Assembly: GCA_963934255.1 (NCBI GenBank)
Contig: CAWVXU010000042.1
Coordinates: forward strand, 1 to 21,868
DNA length: 21,868 bases
Direction: 5' to 3'
Source of the DNA: an uncultured Fibrobacterales bacterium
GTDB lineage: Bacteria > Fibrobacterota > Fibrobacteria > Fibrobacterales > CAWVXU01
Under the pieces are notes generated by a model that had not been told where the DNA came from, ran no database searches, and saw only the letters and a list, made by a program, of their open reading frames with translations. Shown piece by piece: positions 9,077-18,442 of the stretch. The position numbers and the translations under genes were made by a program. Positions within the stretch are counted from its first letter, which is position 1, and each line of letters begins with the position of its first letter.

Positions 9077-9976
9077 ATGTTGAGATTTAATACCAACGAA
9101 CCGTCCCCTCTTAACTCAAACATAAAGACCGTTTTTCTTTATGATAAAAGTGAGGCCCAAAGAGCGAGGGTACTGAATTATTTTACTATGAAAGGTGGAT
9201 ATAGAATACTTTGTTTGGATTTTTTAGTCCAAACGAAGAAGATGGCAGACGAAATAATGCCGGATGTCATTTTGTGTTGCCCAAATGACGGATATATCGA
9301 ATTATTAAAAACTATTCTAGTATTAAAGCGTGGGATTGTTAAGAAGTTAATCCCGATTTATATTTATGGTGCGTATTTAACTGAAAGACAAAAGGCCGTG
9401 TATTTTGAATATGGGGTCCGTAATTTTTTTGATGAAGATTGCACTATGGATGATATCTATTTAGGACTTAAATCCGGAGCATCGTATATTAAGTCTGTTG
9501 CTAAAAGTGAAATCATCCAAGAAGAAGGGCATTTCGTTTCAGGTGCTATTTTTTATAAAATAAAGATTGTAGCCGCGGGTATCATAGATCTCAATATTCT
9601 ACTGAGTAAGCTGAGTGAAGTAAAGTTTAACATCGAATGGAGTGATGTTGTTTTAGATCTGGGAGAAGCCGGCGAATTAGGCGAAGATAGTATTGGCATG
9701 ATCATAGCATATTTCGAGGGTGCACGCGCCGAAGCTATAGATATCAACATGGTAGATGCTCCGGAGTCGTTTCAAAAATTTGTAAAAACTCCTGGATTGA
9801 AACACTTTAACTCTTTTCAAGAGTTCCTAGAAAAAGATCATGGAACTGGGCCAATCAATTTAAATATTAATACTTATGATTTAGAGTCACTGCCAAATGC
9901 AGAAGCCGTTGATAAGGTTCCGGATATTGACGATTTAGAAAATTTAGATGATTTACTGAACTTGATTCCTGAATAG
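9077..9976 (+). CDS. Hypothetical protein with degenerate receiver-like N-terminal domain, STAS-like C-terminal domain and acidic tail
   Basis: 299-aa ORF starting 3 nt after the transporter stop. REC-like pattern VFLYD...PDVILCC...IPIYIYG...EYGVRNFF. STAS-like pattern DVVLDLGEAGELGEDSIGMII...INMVDAPESFQKFV. Domain calls are by eye only. Confidence 0.6.
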   Translation: MLRFNTNEPSPLNSNIKTVFLYDKSEAQRARVLNYFTMKGGYRILCLDFLVQTKKMADEIMPDVILCCPNDGYIELLKTILVLKRGIVKKLIPIYIYGAYLTERQKAVYFEYGVRNFFDEDCTMDDIYLGLKSGASYIKSVAKSEIIQEEGHFVSGAIFYKIKIVAAGIIDLNILLSKLSEVKFNIEWSDVVLDLGEAGELGEDSIGMIIAYFEGARAEAIDINMVDAPESFQKFVKTPGLKHFNSFQEFLEKDHGTGPINLNINTYDLESLPNAEAVDKVPDIDDLENLDDLLNLIPE

Positions 9977-10011
9977 GCCTGTAAGTTCTCAAGATCATCC
10001 TACCAAACTAT

Positions 10012-10045
10012 AAAAAAGGTCTCCACAGCAATGTGAAGACCTTTT
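10012..10045 (-). terminator. Rho-independent terminator of metK-ahcY, probably bidirectional
   Basis: The minus strand reads AAAAGGTCTTCACA-TTGC-TGTGGAGACCTTTTTT. It lies between convergent genes and has T runs on both strands. Confidence 0.8.
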
Positions 10046-10097
10046 CAGTTTACAAAGTGCCTACTTAAAACCGACTAGATTTAAAGTAAGTCAAGCT

Positions 10098-11564
<1,467 letters not shown>

Positions 11565-11573
11565 GATATTTCC

Positions 11574-12743
11574 TTAGTTGTTTAATTTTTTAACAGCTTT
11601 ATGAAGTGCTTCTACTTTGTCAGTGACTTCCCATGTAAATCTTGCGCCTTTGCGACCGAAATGGCCATGGCGTGCAGTATCAAAGTAACCAGGCTTCAGT
11701 AAGTCAAGAGACTTCACAATACCAGAAGGTGTGAGCTCAAAAATTTCTGCAGCAATTTGCCCAAGTTCTTCGTCAGATAATTTACTGGTTCCAAATGTTT
11801 CTACGCGCACAGATACAGGCTCGGGAAATCCGATTGCATAGGCAAGTTGAACTTCGCAATGAGTTGCAAGTTTTGCAGCGACGATGTTTTTGGCAACATA
11901 ACGAGCAGCATATGCAGCTGAACGATCTACTTTAGAGGGGTCTTTTCCAGAGAAAGCACCACCACCATGGCGGCCCCAGCCACCATAGGTATCAACGATG
12001 ATTTTACGACCAGTTAGTCCACAATCACCCATGGGTCCGCCAATCACAAATTTGCCGGTAGGGTTAATTAAGTAGCGAGTTTTCTTATCAAGAAGCTTCG
12101 CAGGAATCACATCTTTAATGAGAGCAATCAAGTCTTTTTTGATTTGCGCTTGGCTTACTTTTTCGTCATGTTGAGTTGAAATAACTACAGTGTCTACTCG
12201 AACTGGTTTGCTATCAATGTATTCTACAGACACTTGTGACTTAGCGTCGGGGCGAAGATATTTAATTTTGCCTTGCTGACGAACTTTAGCAAGACGCTCG
12301 ACTAGACGATGTGATAAATGAATAGGGAGTGGCATAAGAGTGGTTGTCTCATTGCATGCATAACCAAACATCATCCCTTGGTCCCCAGCACCCTGTTCTT
12401 TAAAGGCACCTTCACCTGTGTTAACGCCCTGAGCGATATCAGGTGATTGTTTGTCAAGAGTGACCATCACAGCACAAGTGTCGCAGTCAAAACCTTTAGC
12501 CGAATCATCATAGCCGATTTTACGGATAGTTTCACGTACGATTTGCTGGAAATCGACTTGTGCTTTAGTTGTGACTTCACCAGCGACAACAACAAGACCA
12601 GTCGTGATCATAGTTTCACAAGCCACACGGGAGTATGGGTCTTGTGCGAGCATAGCATCAAGAATTGCGTCTGAAATTTGGTCAGCCATTTTGTCTGGAT
12701 GACCCATAGATACAGATTCTGAAGTAAATAATTGTTTACTCAT
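11574..12743 (-). CDS. metK: S-adenosylmethionine synthetase
   Basis: [71 protein letters not shown]. Start placed at ATG 12743 (MSKQLF), which follows an AAGGA SD, rather than at the ORF-track TTG 12773. Confidence 0.97.
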   Translation of the reverse strand: MSKQLFTSESVSMGHPDKMADQISDAILDAMLAQDPYSRVACETMITTGLVVVAGEVTTKAQVDFQQIVRETIRKIGYDDSAKGFDCDTCAVMVTLDKQSPDIAQGVNTGEGAFKEQGAGDQGMMFGYACNETTTLMPLPIHLSHRLVERLAKVRQQGKIKYLRPDAKSQVSVEYIDSKPVRVDTVVISTQHDEKVSQAQIKKDLIALIKDVIPAKLLDKKTRYLINPTGKFVIGGPMGDCGLTGRKIIVDTYGGWGRHGGGAFSGKDPSKVDRSAAYAARYVAKNIVAAKLATHCEVQLAYAIGFPEPVSVRVETFGTSKLSDEELGQIAAEIFELTPSGIVKSLDLLKPGYFDTARHGHFGRKGARFTWEVTDKVEALHKAVKKLNN

Positions 12744-12822
12744 ATTTTTTCCTTCTGTGTTATAAATTCTCAATTTATTGTAAAGTTTGTGAGTGAAAAT
12801 ACACTATTTTTTTAACATTAAC

Positions 12823-12879
12823 TGCGTATACGTAAATCACTCTATGCGTATATATAAATAAACGCATAAACATTTGCAA
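12823..12879. promoter_or_regulatory. Candidate operator array (TGCGTATA repeats and an inverted repeat) overlapping a candidate metK promoter
   Basis: TGCGTATACGTA at 12823-12834 and TATGCGTATAT-ataa-ATAAACGCATA at 12843-12868. On the minus strand, TTGCAA-17nt-TATATA spans 12879 to 12851. Confidence 0.45.
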
Positions 12880-12911
12880 ACCGAAATCGGACCAACCGTT
12901 AAGAAAAGGGT

Positions 12912-13637
12912 GTGAAAATGGAAAAACCAATGATGAAAAGCCAAAAAACCTCAATATCGCTGATACTTGCGGTGATTCTCTTTGTTGCTTTTATGCAATT
13001 CGGCAATAACTCCTCGGCGATGGAAGCCAATATAAAAGCAGCCAAAGCTAAGAGCCCCTGGAAAGGTCAGATTCCTATGGTGGAAAATTTAGATACCAAT
13101 ACTTTAGTAGGAAAAGGCTATGCCCGTGCAGTCTTTGCCGGTGGGTGCTTTTGGTGTATGCAAGGACCTTTTGACGTTCTTGAAGGGGTTAAAATGACTC
13201 GTGCAGGTTTTGCTGGTGGTAAAGAGGTGAATCCTAGTTATGAGGATGTAGCTTATGGGCGTACTTCACACACTGAGGCTGTTGAAATTTGGTTTGATGA
13301 AAAGTTGATTTCCTATGACAGCCTGGTTGAAGTCTTTTGGCAATCAATGGATCCGACAGACCTGAAGGGCCAGTTTGCTGACCAAGGGGCTCATTACAGG
13401 CCAGTTATCTTTGCGATGAATAAAGTACAGCTTAAAATTGCAGAAATTTCCAAAGCGGACTTGGTGAAATCAATGAGGTTCAAAGATCCTATTGTGGTTC
13501 CTATTGAGGAATACACTAATTTCTATCCCGCTGAAGAATACCACCAGTTTTACTATTTGAAAAACCCGACTCATTATTATCAATATCGATCAGGCTCGGG
13601 GCGTGAAGGCTTTTTGAATAGGTATTGGAAGAAGTAA
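12912..13637 (+). CDS. msrA: Peptide methionine sulfoxide reductase A with N-terminal signal or anchor
   Basis: FAGGCFWC active site, GFAGG, PSYEDV, HTEAV, DPTD..GQFADQG..Y, FYPAEEYHQ.YY.KNP. Hydrophobic N-terminus ISLILAVILFVAFMQF. The start may be ATG 12918 or 12930. Confidence 0.93.
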   Translation: MKMEKPMMKSQKTSISLILAVILFVAFMQFGNNSSAMEANIKAAKAKSPWKGQIPMVENLDTNTLVGKGYARAVFAGGCFWCMQGPFDVLEGVKMTRAGFAGGKEVNPSYEDVAYGRTSHTEAVEIWFDEKLISYDSLVEVFWQSMDPTDLKGQFADQGAHYRPVIFAMNKVQLKIAEISKADLVKSMRFKDPIVVPIEEYTNFYPAEEYHQFYYLKNPTHYYQYRSGSGREGFLNRYWKK

Positions 13638-13654
13638 GTCTAGTCAGGAATATT

Positions 13655-13682
13655 AAACCAAGCCATGAAGGCTTGGTTTTTT
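13655..13682 (+). terminator. Rho-independent terminator of msrA
   Basis: AAACCAAGCC-ATGAA-GGCTTGGTTTTTT, a perfect stem with a T tract. Confidence 0.85.
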
Positions 13683-13754
13683 GCCTGTATATGGTAACGA
13701 TCTTGTAGCAAAATCATATTTCAAAAAGCATGAAATAACTTTCACCCCAAAACT

Positions 13755-13785
13755 AAAAAAGCCCGAAGATAAATCTTCGGGCTTT
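13755..13785 (-). terminator. Rho-independent terminator of tRNA-Asn
   Basis: The minus strand reads AAAGCCCGAAGAT-TT-ATCTTCGGGCTTTTTT immediately 3' of the tRNA. Confidence 0.85.
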
Positions 13786-13789
13786 AAAG

Positions 13790-13862
13790 CTGTCCCACGA
13801 GGACTCGAACCTCGGACCAAGCGATTAACAGTCGCTTGCTCTACCAACTGAGCTATAGGACA
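13790..13862 (-). tRNA. tRNA-Asn (anticodon GTT)
   Basis: The minus strand folds as a cloverleaf: TGTCCTA TA GCTCAGTTGGTAGAGC A AGCGA-CTGTTAA-TCGCT TGGTC CGAGG-TTCGAGT-CCTCG TGGGACA G. U1-A72 pair, G73 discriminator, CCA not encoded. Confidence 0.97.
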
Positions 13863-13872
13863 TCAGCGAACG

Positions 13873-13902
13873 CAAATATAAAAAGCCACCCACTTAATTC
13901 AA
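13873..13902 (-). promoter_or_regulatory. Candidate housekeeping promoter of tRNA-Asn
   Basis: Minus strand TTGAAT-16nt-TATATT(TG), ending 10 nt before the tRNA 5' end. Confidence 0.55.
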
Positions 13903-13987
13903 GGGAAAAAAGGGAAAAAGCCTGATTTTTTTAAATTAAAATGAAATGTAAATAAAATAAGAGTTTTGAATCGAGCGCGGTAAGGCC

Positions 13988-14974
13988 TTATGGCTCAGTG
14001 TTCTCTCGGTCTTTTCTCTTCTCACGAGCTGTTGCTCCAAATAGATTGACGTTTTTAAGCCCGATTAACCCTGTCTTCTTACCTGTCGAGTCAGGAAGGA
14101 TTCCTCCGTCTTTGCCTAAGAAGTCAAGTATAGCTTGAAGTGACTCACGCATCTGAGTCACGTCATTGATGAGTTCGCGTGATCCAAGCTGTGTTTTATA
14201 AAAGCTCGAACCTACAAATTGCTCTGTGGTGTGATTGAGTGATGTAAGTAAAGTATTAATTTCAGTGCTTAAGATTGTGGCTTTCTCAAGTCCAGTATGT
14301 GTTTTGAGATAAATTGAGTCCAGCCCGCGTTGAGTTTCATTGGCAAATTCAACGGAAGCTTGGGCTATTTTATTGGAATTGTGTAAGAGTTTTTGGATAC
14401 TCGGATGATACTTCGCGCTAGCGACGCCTAGTCTATCAATCAGCTCTTCAGTCATGTCAGTGAGCCCATTGACTTGATGTGCAAGAGGTTTTTGTTGGTC
14501 ATTACCATTTTTAAGAATCATAATCGTCTGATGTAACATGCTGACTTCTTTGAGAACGCCTTCGACCAAATGTAGGGCCTCGGCAATCCCTGGCTCATAG
14601 GCTCCAATCATTTTTTCACCAGGAAAAAGCTTGCGCCCCTCCGAGGAAAGTCTAATATCTACAAGGCGGTCACCCATGAGTGAAAAATTACGATTGGTAA
14701 ATGTAGTGCCTTCTCTGACGATCAATGGAAGGTCAAATATGATATTTACATTGGCCTTTTCCTTGACATAGGTGATATCGCCGATTTGTCCGACTCGAAT
14801 ACCGCGATCCATGACCGGATCTTGTGGTTGAAGACTACCGACATCTTCGAAAATAACGGTCACTTGATAAATACTCTTTTGATTTGACAGGTAGAGTAAA
14901 TAGCAGAGCCCAGCGAAGCCTATGAGGCAAAGAGCTATTACGCTATATCCAAGTGATTTATCAGAAATTTTCAT
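13988..14974 (-). CDS. MCE/MlaD family protein (lipid transport, membrane-anchored)
   Basis: N-terminal TM helix, MCE motif F.DVGSLQPQDPVMDRGIRVGQIGDI...SLMGDRLVDI, then a long helical region. ATG 14974 (MKISDK) preferred over TTG 14992. Confidence 0.8.
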   Translation of the reverse strand: MKISDKSLGYSVIALCLIGFAGLCYLLYLSNQKSIYQVTVIFEDVGSLQPQDPVMDRGIRVGQIGDITYVKEKANVNIIFDLPLIVREGTTFTNRNFSLMGDRLVDIRLSSEGRKLFPGEKMIGAYEPGIAEALHLVEGVLKEVSMLHQTIMILKNGNDQQKPLAHQVNGLTDMTEELIDRLGVASAKYHPSIQKLLHNSNKIAQASVEFANETQRGLDSIYLKTHTGLEKATILSTEINTLLTSLNHTTEQFVGSSFYKTQLGSRELINDVTQMRESLQAILDFLGKDGGILPDSTGKKTGLIGLKNVNLFGATAREKRKDRENTEP

Positions 14975-15034
14975 CGTTTTTAATATTAGCAATAAAATAC
15001 AGCAAAGTCTCAGAGTAATACAATAAGAGAGTTT

Positions 15035-15050
15035 GCTTTTTTTATATTTG
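15035..15050 (+). promoter_or_regulatory. Candidate promoter element upstream of ispG
   Basis: GCTTTTTTTATATTTG, the same motif as upstream of tRNA-Asn, 27 nt before ATG 15078. Confidence 0.4.
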
Positions 15051-15077
15051 AAGGCAACACTCTCCTTGGAATCTTAT

Positions 15078-16922
15078 ATGAACTATACAAACTCGGTTTT
15101 TAATCCTAAAAGACGCCTTACTACTTCAGTAAATGTTGGCAATCGAACTATCGGTGGAGGTGCTCCGATTTTGGTTCAATCCATGACCACGACCAACACC
15201 AAAGACGTTGATGCCACTGTCATGCAGACACTGGAGCTTGCACACGCTGGTTGTGAACTCGTCCGCATTACTGTCCCTACTGTCAGAGATGGTCAGTACT
15301 TAGGTGAAATTGTCAAAAAGGTCAGGGCCGCTGGTTGTGATGTTCCGATTTCTGCTGATATTCATTTCCAGCCCAAAGCTGCTATGGAAGCGGTCAAGCA
15401 TGCCGATAAAGTTCGCATCAATCCTGGAAATTATGTCGATAAAGGAATTCTTTTTGAAAAAGAATGGACCGAAGCTGAGTTAGATACTGCTCATGCTCGT
15501 GTTCGCAAAGAGTTCTCACCTCTAGTTGAAGAGTGCAAGACTCGCGGTGTTGCCATTCGAATTGGCACAAACCATGGATCACTTTCATCACGCATGTTGT
15601 ACAAATTTGGTGATTCTGCTGAAGGCATGGTTGAATCCGCTCTAGAGTACTTAGTGATTTGTGAAGAGTTAGATTTCCATGATATTATTTTTTCTATGAA
15701 AGCCTCCAATCCAAAGGTTGTGATTGAAGCTTATAGATTACTTGCGGCAAGATTAGATCAAGCTCACCGTCCATATCCTTTCCACGTCGGTGTGACTGAG
15801 GCTGGCGAAGGCGAAGATGGCCGACTTAAGTCTGCTGTAGGCATTGGGGCTTTGCTCCTTGATGGTATTTCTGATACCATCCGTGTTTCTCTGACAGAGA
15901 GCCCAGTAAGTGAAATCCCTGTCGCTGAGAGATTAATCAAAGTTTGTTCTGAAGATTACGCAGCTATTGAGGAGACTGATTGGAATATTGATTCTTTCCA
16001 CTTTACGCGTCGCTTAACTGATGAGTTGGTTCTCAAAGATAATGGCGATACATCCGTCGTCGCAGGTGGAAGCAACACTGTTCTTGTGGGCACAGAAGTT
16101 TCTAGTATCATCACGGCGATGGCTGGTGAACGCCAGATGGAGTGGATGACAGCTGCTAGTCAACCGAGGCTTTATTCAGATCTTCCCTGGTTTTCCTCGG
16201 AAGAGAGTGCTCATGTTACAGAAATTAATTTTAGTAGTTTAATTCAGGGCCTTCAAGAAGGCGCTCTTTCTGGTGTAATTGCTGTTTTAACAGACAATGT
16301 TCACTGGTCGACTGAAGAAGGCACTTTAATAAAATCATATTCTGATAAAATATTGTGGTCTTATGTGGGTCTGGGTAATTTCGTCGGTGCCTGGCGCCGA
16401 TTAGTCTCATCAGTCGACGCACTTGGTCGCAAAGATTTGATGATTTTACGCAAAAAGTTGGATGATGATGAGGGGGCTAAGATGTTAGCAGCTGCTCAAC
16501 TCGGATCACTTCTGTGCGATGGTATTGGTGATATGGTTCATATTGAGGTCAAAGATCAATTCTCAACTTCAGTCAACCTCGCCTATGATATTCTCCAAGC
16601 TGCGGGTATGCGACGCACCAAGACTGAGTTTATTTCATGCCCTTCTTGTGGTAGAACTCTGTTTGACCTAGAAGAAGTGACTGCTCAAATTAAAGAAAAA
16701 ACAGGCCATTTAAAGGATGTTGCCATCGCTGTGATGGGTTGTATCGTGAATGGGCCTGGTGAAATGGCAGATGCGGATTTTGGTTATGTCGGTGGTGCGC
16801 CTGATAAAATCTCACTTTATGTGGGTAAAGAGGTCGTTCAGAAGAATATTCCAGAATTAGAAGCAACTGATGCACTAGTAGAATTGATAAAAAAACATGG
16901 CAAGTGGATCAATCCTCAGTAA
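15078..16922 (+). CDS. ispG: (E)-4-hydroxy-3-methylbut-2-enyl diphosphate synthase, long form with inserted domain
   Basis: PILVQSMTTT, ADIHF, RINPGNY, RIGTNHGSLS, YPFHVGVTEAG, DTIRVSLTE, C-terminal ISCPSCGRTLFDL and AVMGCIVNGPGE 4Fe-4S motifs. ATG 15078 with an upstream GGA preferred over TTG 15033. Confidence 0.96.
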   Translation: MNYTNSVFNPKRRLTTSVNVGNRTIGGGAPILVQSMTTTNTKDVDATVMQTLELAHAGCELVRITVPTVRDGQYLGEIVKKVRAAGCDVPISADIHFQPKAAMEAVKHADKVRINPGNYVDKGILFEKEWTEAELDTAHARVRKEFSPLVEECKTRGVAIRIGTNHGSLSSRMLYKFGDSAEGMVESALEYLVICEELDFHDIIFSMKASNPKVVIEAYRLLAARLDQAHRPYPFHVGVTEAGEGEDGRLKSAVGIGALLLDGISDTIRVSLTESPVSEIPVAERLIKVCSEDYAAIEETDWNIDSFHFTRRLTDELVLKDNGDTSVVAGGSNTVLVGTEVSSIITAMAGERQMEWMTAASQPRLYSDLPWFSSEESAHVTEINFSSLIQGLQEGALSGVIAVLTDNVHWSTEEGTLIKSYSDKILWSYVGLGNFVGAWRRLVSSVDALGRKDLMILRKKLDDDEGAKMLAAAQLGSLLCDGIGDMVHIEVKDQFSTSVNLAYDILQAAGMRRTKTEFISCPSCGRTLFDLEEVTAQIKEKTGHLKDVAIAVMGCIVNGPGEMADADFGYVGGAPDKISLYVGKEVVQKNIPELEATDALVELIKKHGKWINPQ

Positions 16923-17001
16923 TCTGCAATAGCCAAATTTTAAAGATTTATTAAATTGGTGTGAGAAATATTTCAGACCAGACACACAACAAGGAAATAC
17001 A

Positions 17002-18180
17002 ATGGCGTTTAAAGTAAAAACCATGAACAAAATTTCTCAAAAAGGCTTAGTTCTTTTGGGTGACAAATATGACGTATCTGACGAACAAGGGGCTCCTGAA
17101 GCTATTATTGTACGTTCTGCTAAAGTAAACACTGCTGACTATAGCGACCTTCTTGCTGTAGCTCGCGCTGGTGCTGGCACCAACAATGTGACTGTAGTAG
17201 AAGCTGCAGCTCAAGGTGTTTGTGTATTCAACGCCCCAGGTGCTAATGCAAACGCGGTATCTGAGCTAGTATTTACTGGTCTTGGGATGGCTGTACGTAA
17301 TATTCCTCAAGCACTTCAATTTGCTGAGACTTTGAAGTCTTGGGATGATGATGCTGCGATGAACAAAGAAATGGAAGGGAAAAAGTCTTCATTTAGTGGT
17401 GTTGAGCTGACTGGCCGCCGTATGGCAGTTGTTGGACTGGGTAAAATTGGTGTTCTAGTAGCTAATGCTGCATCCGCTCGCGGAATGTCTGTGATTGCTT
17501 ATGAGCCATACCCAAACCCTGATAACATGCACTTACTTAACCCTAATGTTGAATATGTTGCTGAACTTGGCGCCGCTCTTAAAAGTGCTGACTTTGTTTC
17601 TGTACACGTTCCATTAATGGAAGCAACAAAAGGTCTACTTAACACTGAGTCTTTATCAGTGGTCAATGATGGCTGTATTTTGTCAAACTTTGCACGTGGA
17701 CCTGTAGTTGATAATACTGCTGTTCTTGCTCTATTAGAGTCTGGCAAATTGAAAAAATATGTCAATGACTTCCCAACTCAAGAGCTTCTAGGCAACGAAA
17801 ACTGTATCTGTCTGCCACACTTAGGCGCATCGACTTCAGAAGCTGAAGAAAACTGTGCAACTATGGTAGTAGCTCAACTGAAAGACTACATGGAATACGG
17901 AATTGTCAAAAACTCTGTTAACTTCCCAACTGTAGGCGCTTACCCTGCTCCATCTGCCAAAACACGTGTTATCGTTATCAACAATGATGTTCCAAACATG
18001 ATTGCTGATGTGACTAAAACATTTGGCGATGCTGGTCTTAACATCCATTCATTCAAAAATGAATCAAATGGTAAAGTTGGATACAACATGATCGACGTTG
18101 AAGTAGAAGTTTCTGCTGATGTTGTTACTAAACTTGAAGCGGTTGCAAACGTACTTCGTGTACGTGTGATTAACTTCTAA
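17002..18180 (+). CDS. serA: D-3-phosphoglycerate dehydrogenase with C-terminal ACT domain
   Basis: ARAGAGTNN, NAPGANANAVSEL, VGLGKIG (NAD-binding), NFARG, LPHLGASTSEAE, NSVNFP and an ACT-like tail. AAGGA SD upstream. Confidence 0.9.
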   Translation: MAFKVKTMNKISQKGLVLLGDKYDVSDEQGAPEAIIVRSAKVNTADYSDLLAVARAGAGTNNVTVVEAAAQGVCVFNAPGANANAVSELVFTGLGMAVRNIPQALQFAETLKSWDDDAAMNKEMEGKKSSFSGVELTGRRMAVVGLGKIGVLVANAASARGMSVIAYEPYPNPDNMHLLNPNVEYVAELGAALKSADFVSVHVPLMEATKGLLNTESLSVVNDGCILSNFARGPVVDNTAVLALLESGKLKKYVNDFPTQELLGNENCICLPHLGASTSEAEENCATMVVAQLKDYMEYGIVKNSVNFPTVGAYPAPSAKTRVIVINNDVPNMIADVTKTFGDAGLNIHSFKNESNGKVGYNMIDVEVEVSADVVTKLEAVANVLRVRVINF

Positions 18181-18227
18181 GAAAACTCGTCACCTGTGAG
18201 GGTGGGTTGAATAACTTATCCTTATTG

Positions 18228-18258
18228 AAAGGCTGTATCTCAGGGTGCAGCCTTTTTT
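18228..18258 (+). terminator. Rho-independent terminator after serA
   Basis: AAAGGCTGTATC...GGTGCAGCCTTTTTT stem (with G-U pairs) and T tract. Confidence 0.78.
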
Positions 18259-18442
18259 AATTTACTTGATCAACCCTCGATTCGGAGCAAGCTGACTAAT
18301 TACGTTTACACTTTGGGTGTGATAAGACTAGATTTAAATAATAAAAGATTTGGATTGTATACCTCGAGTGTGGATGAATAATTCATCACTAACACAAGGG
18401 AAAAGTTACTCCACTTGAAATTAAACCGAGTAGTAAAAAACA

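Noticed and set aside
12744..12911. Possible SAM or SAH riboswitch upstream of metK-ahcY
   Set aside because: The region is very AT-rich, and I see no SAM-I core (AUC..GAG, GCAACC, GUGC) or other structured aptamer or terminator.
13638..13790. Possible integrative element at the tRNA-Asn 3' end
   Set aside because: No integrase, no duplicated tRNA 3' end and no obvious compositional shift. Only two terminators separate the tRNA from msrA.
13653..13847. 64-aa minus-strand ORF (MVEQATVNRLVRGSSP...)
   Set aside because: It is a translation of the tRNA-Asn gene and two terminators, a typical spurious ORF.
15033..15077. ORF-track TTG start extension of ispG
   Set aside because: It overlaps the TATATTTG promoter-like motif and lacks an SD. 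ATG 15078 has an upstream GGA and fits better.
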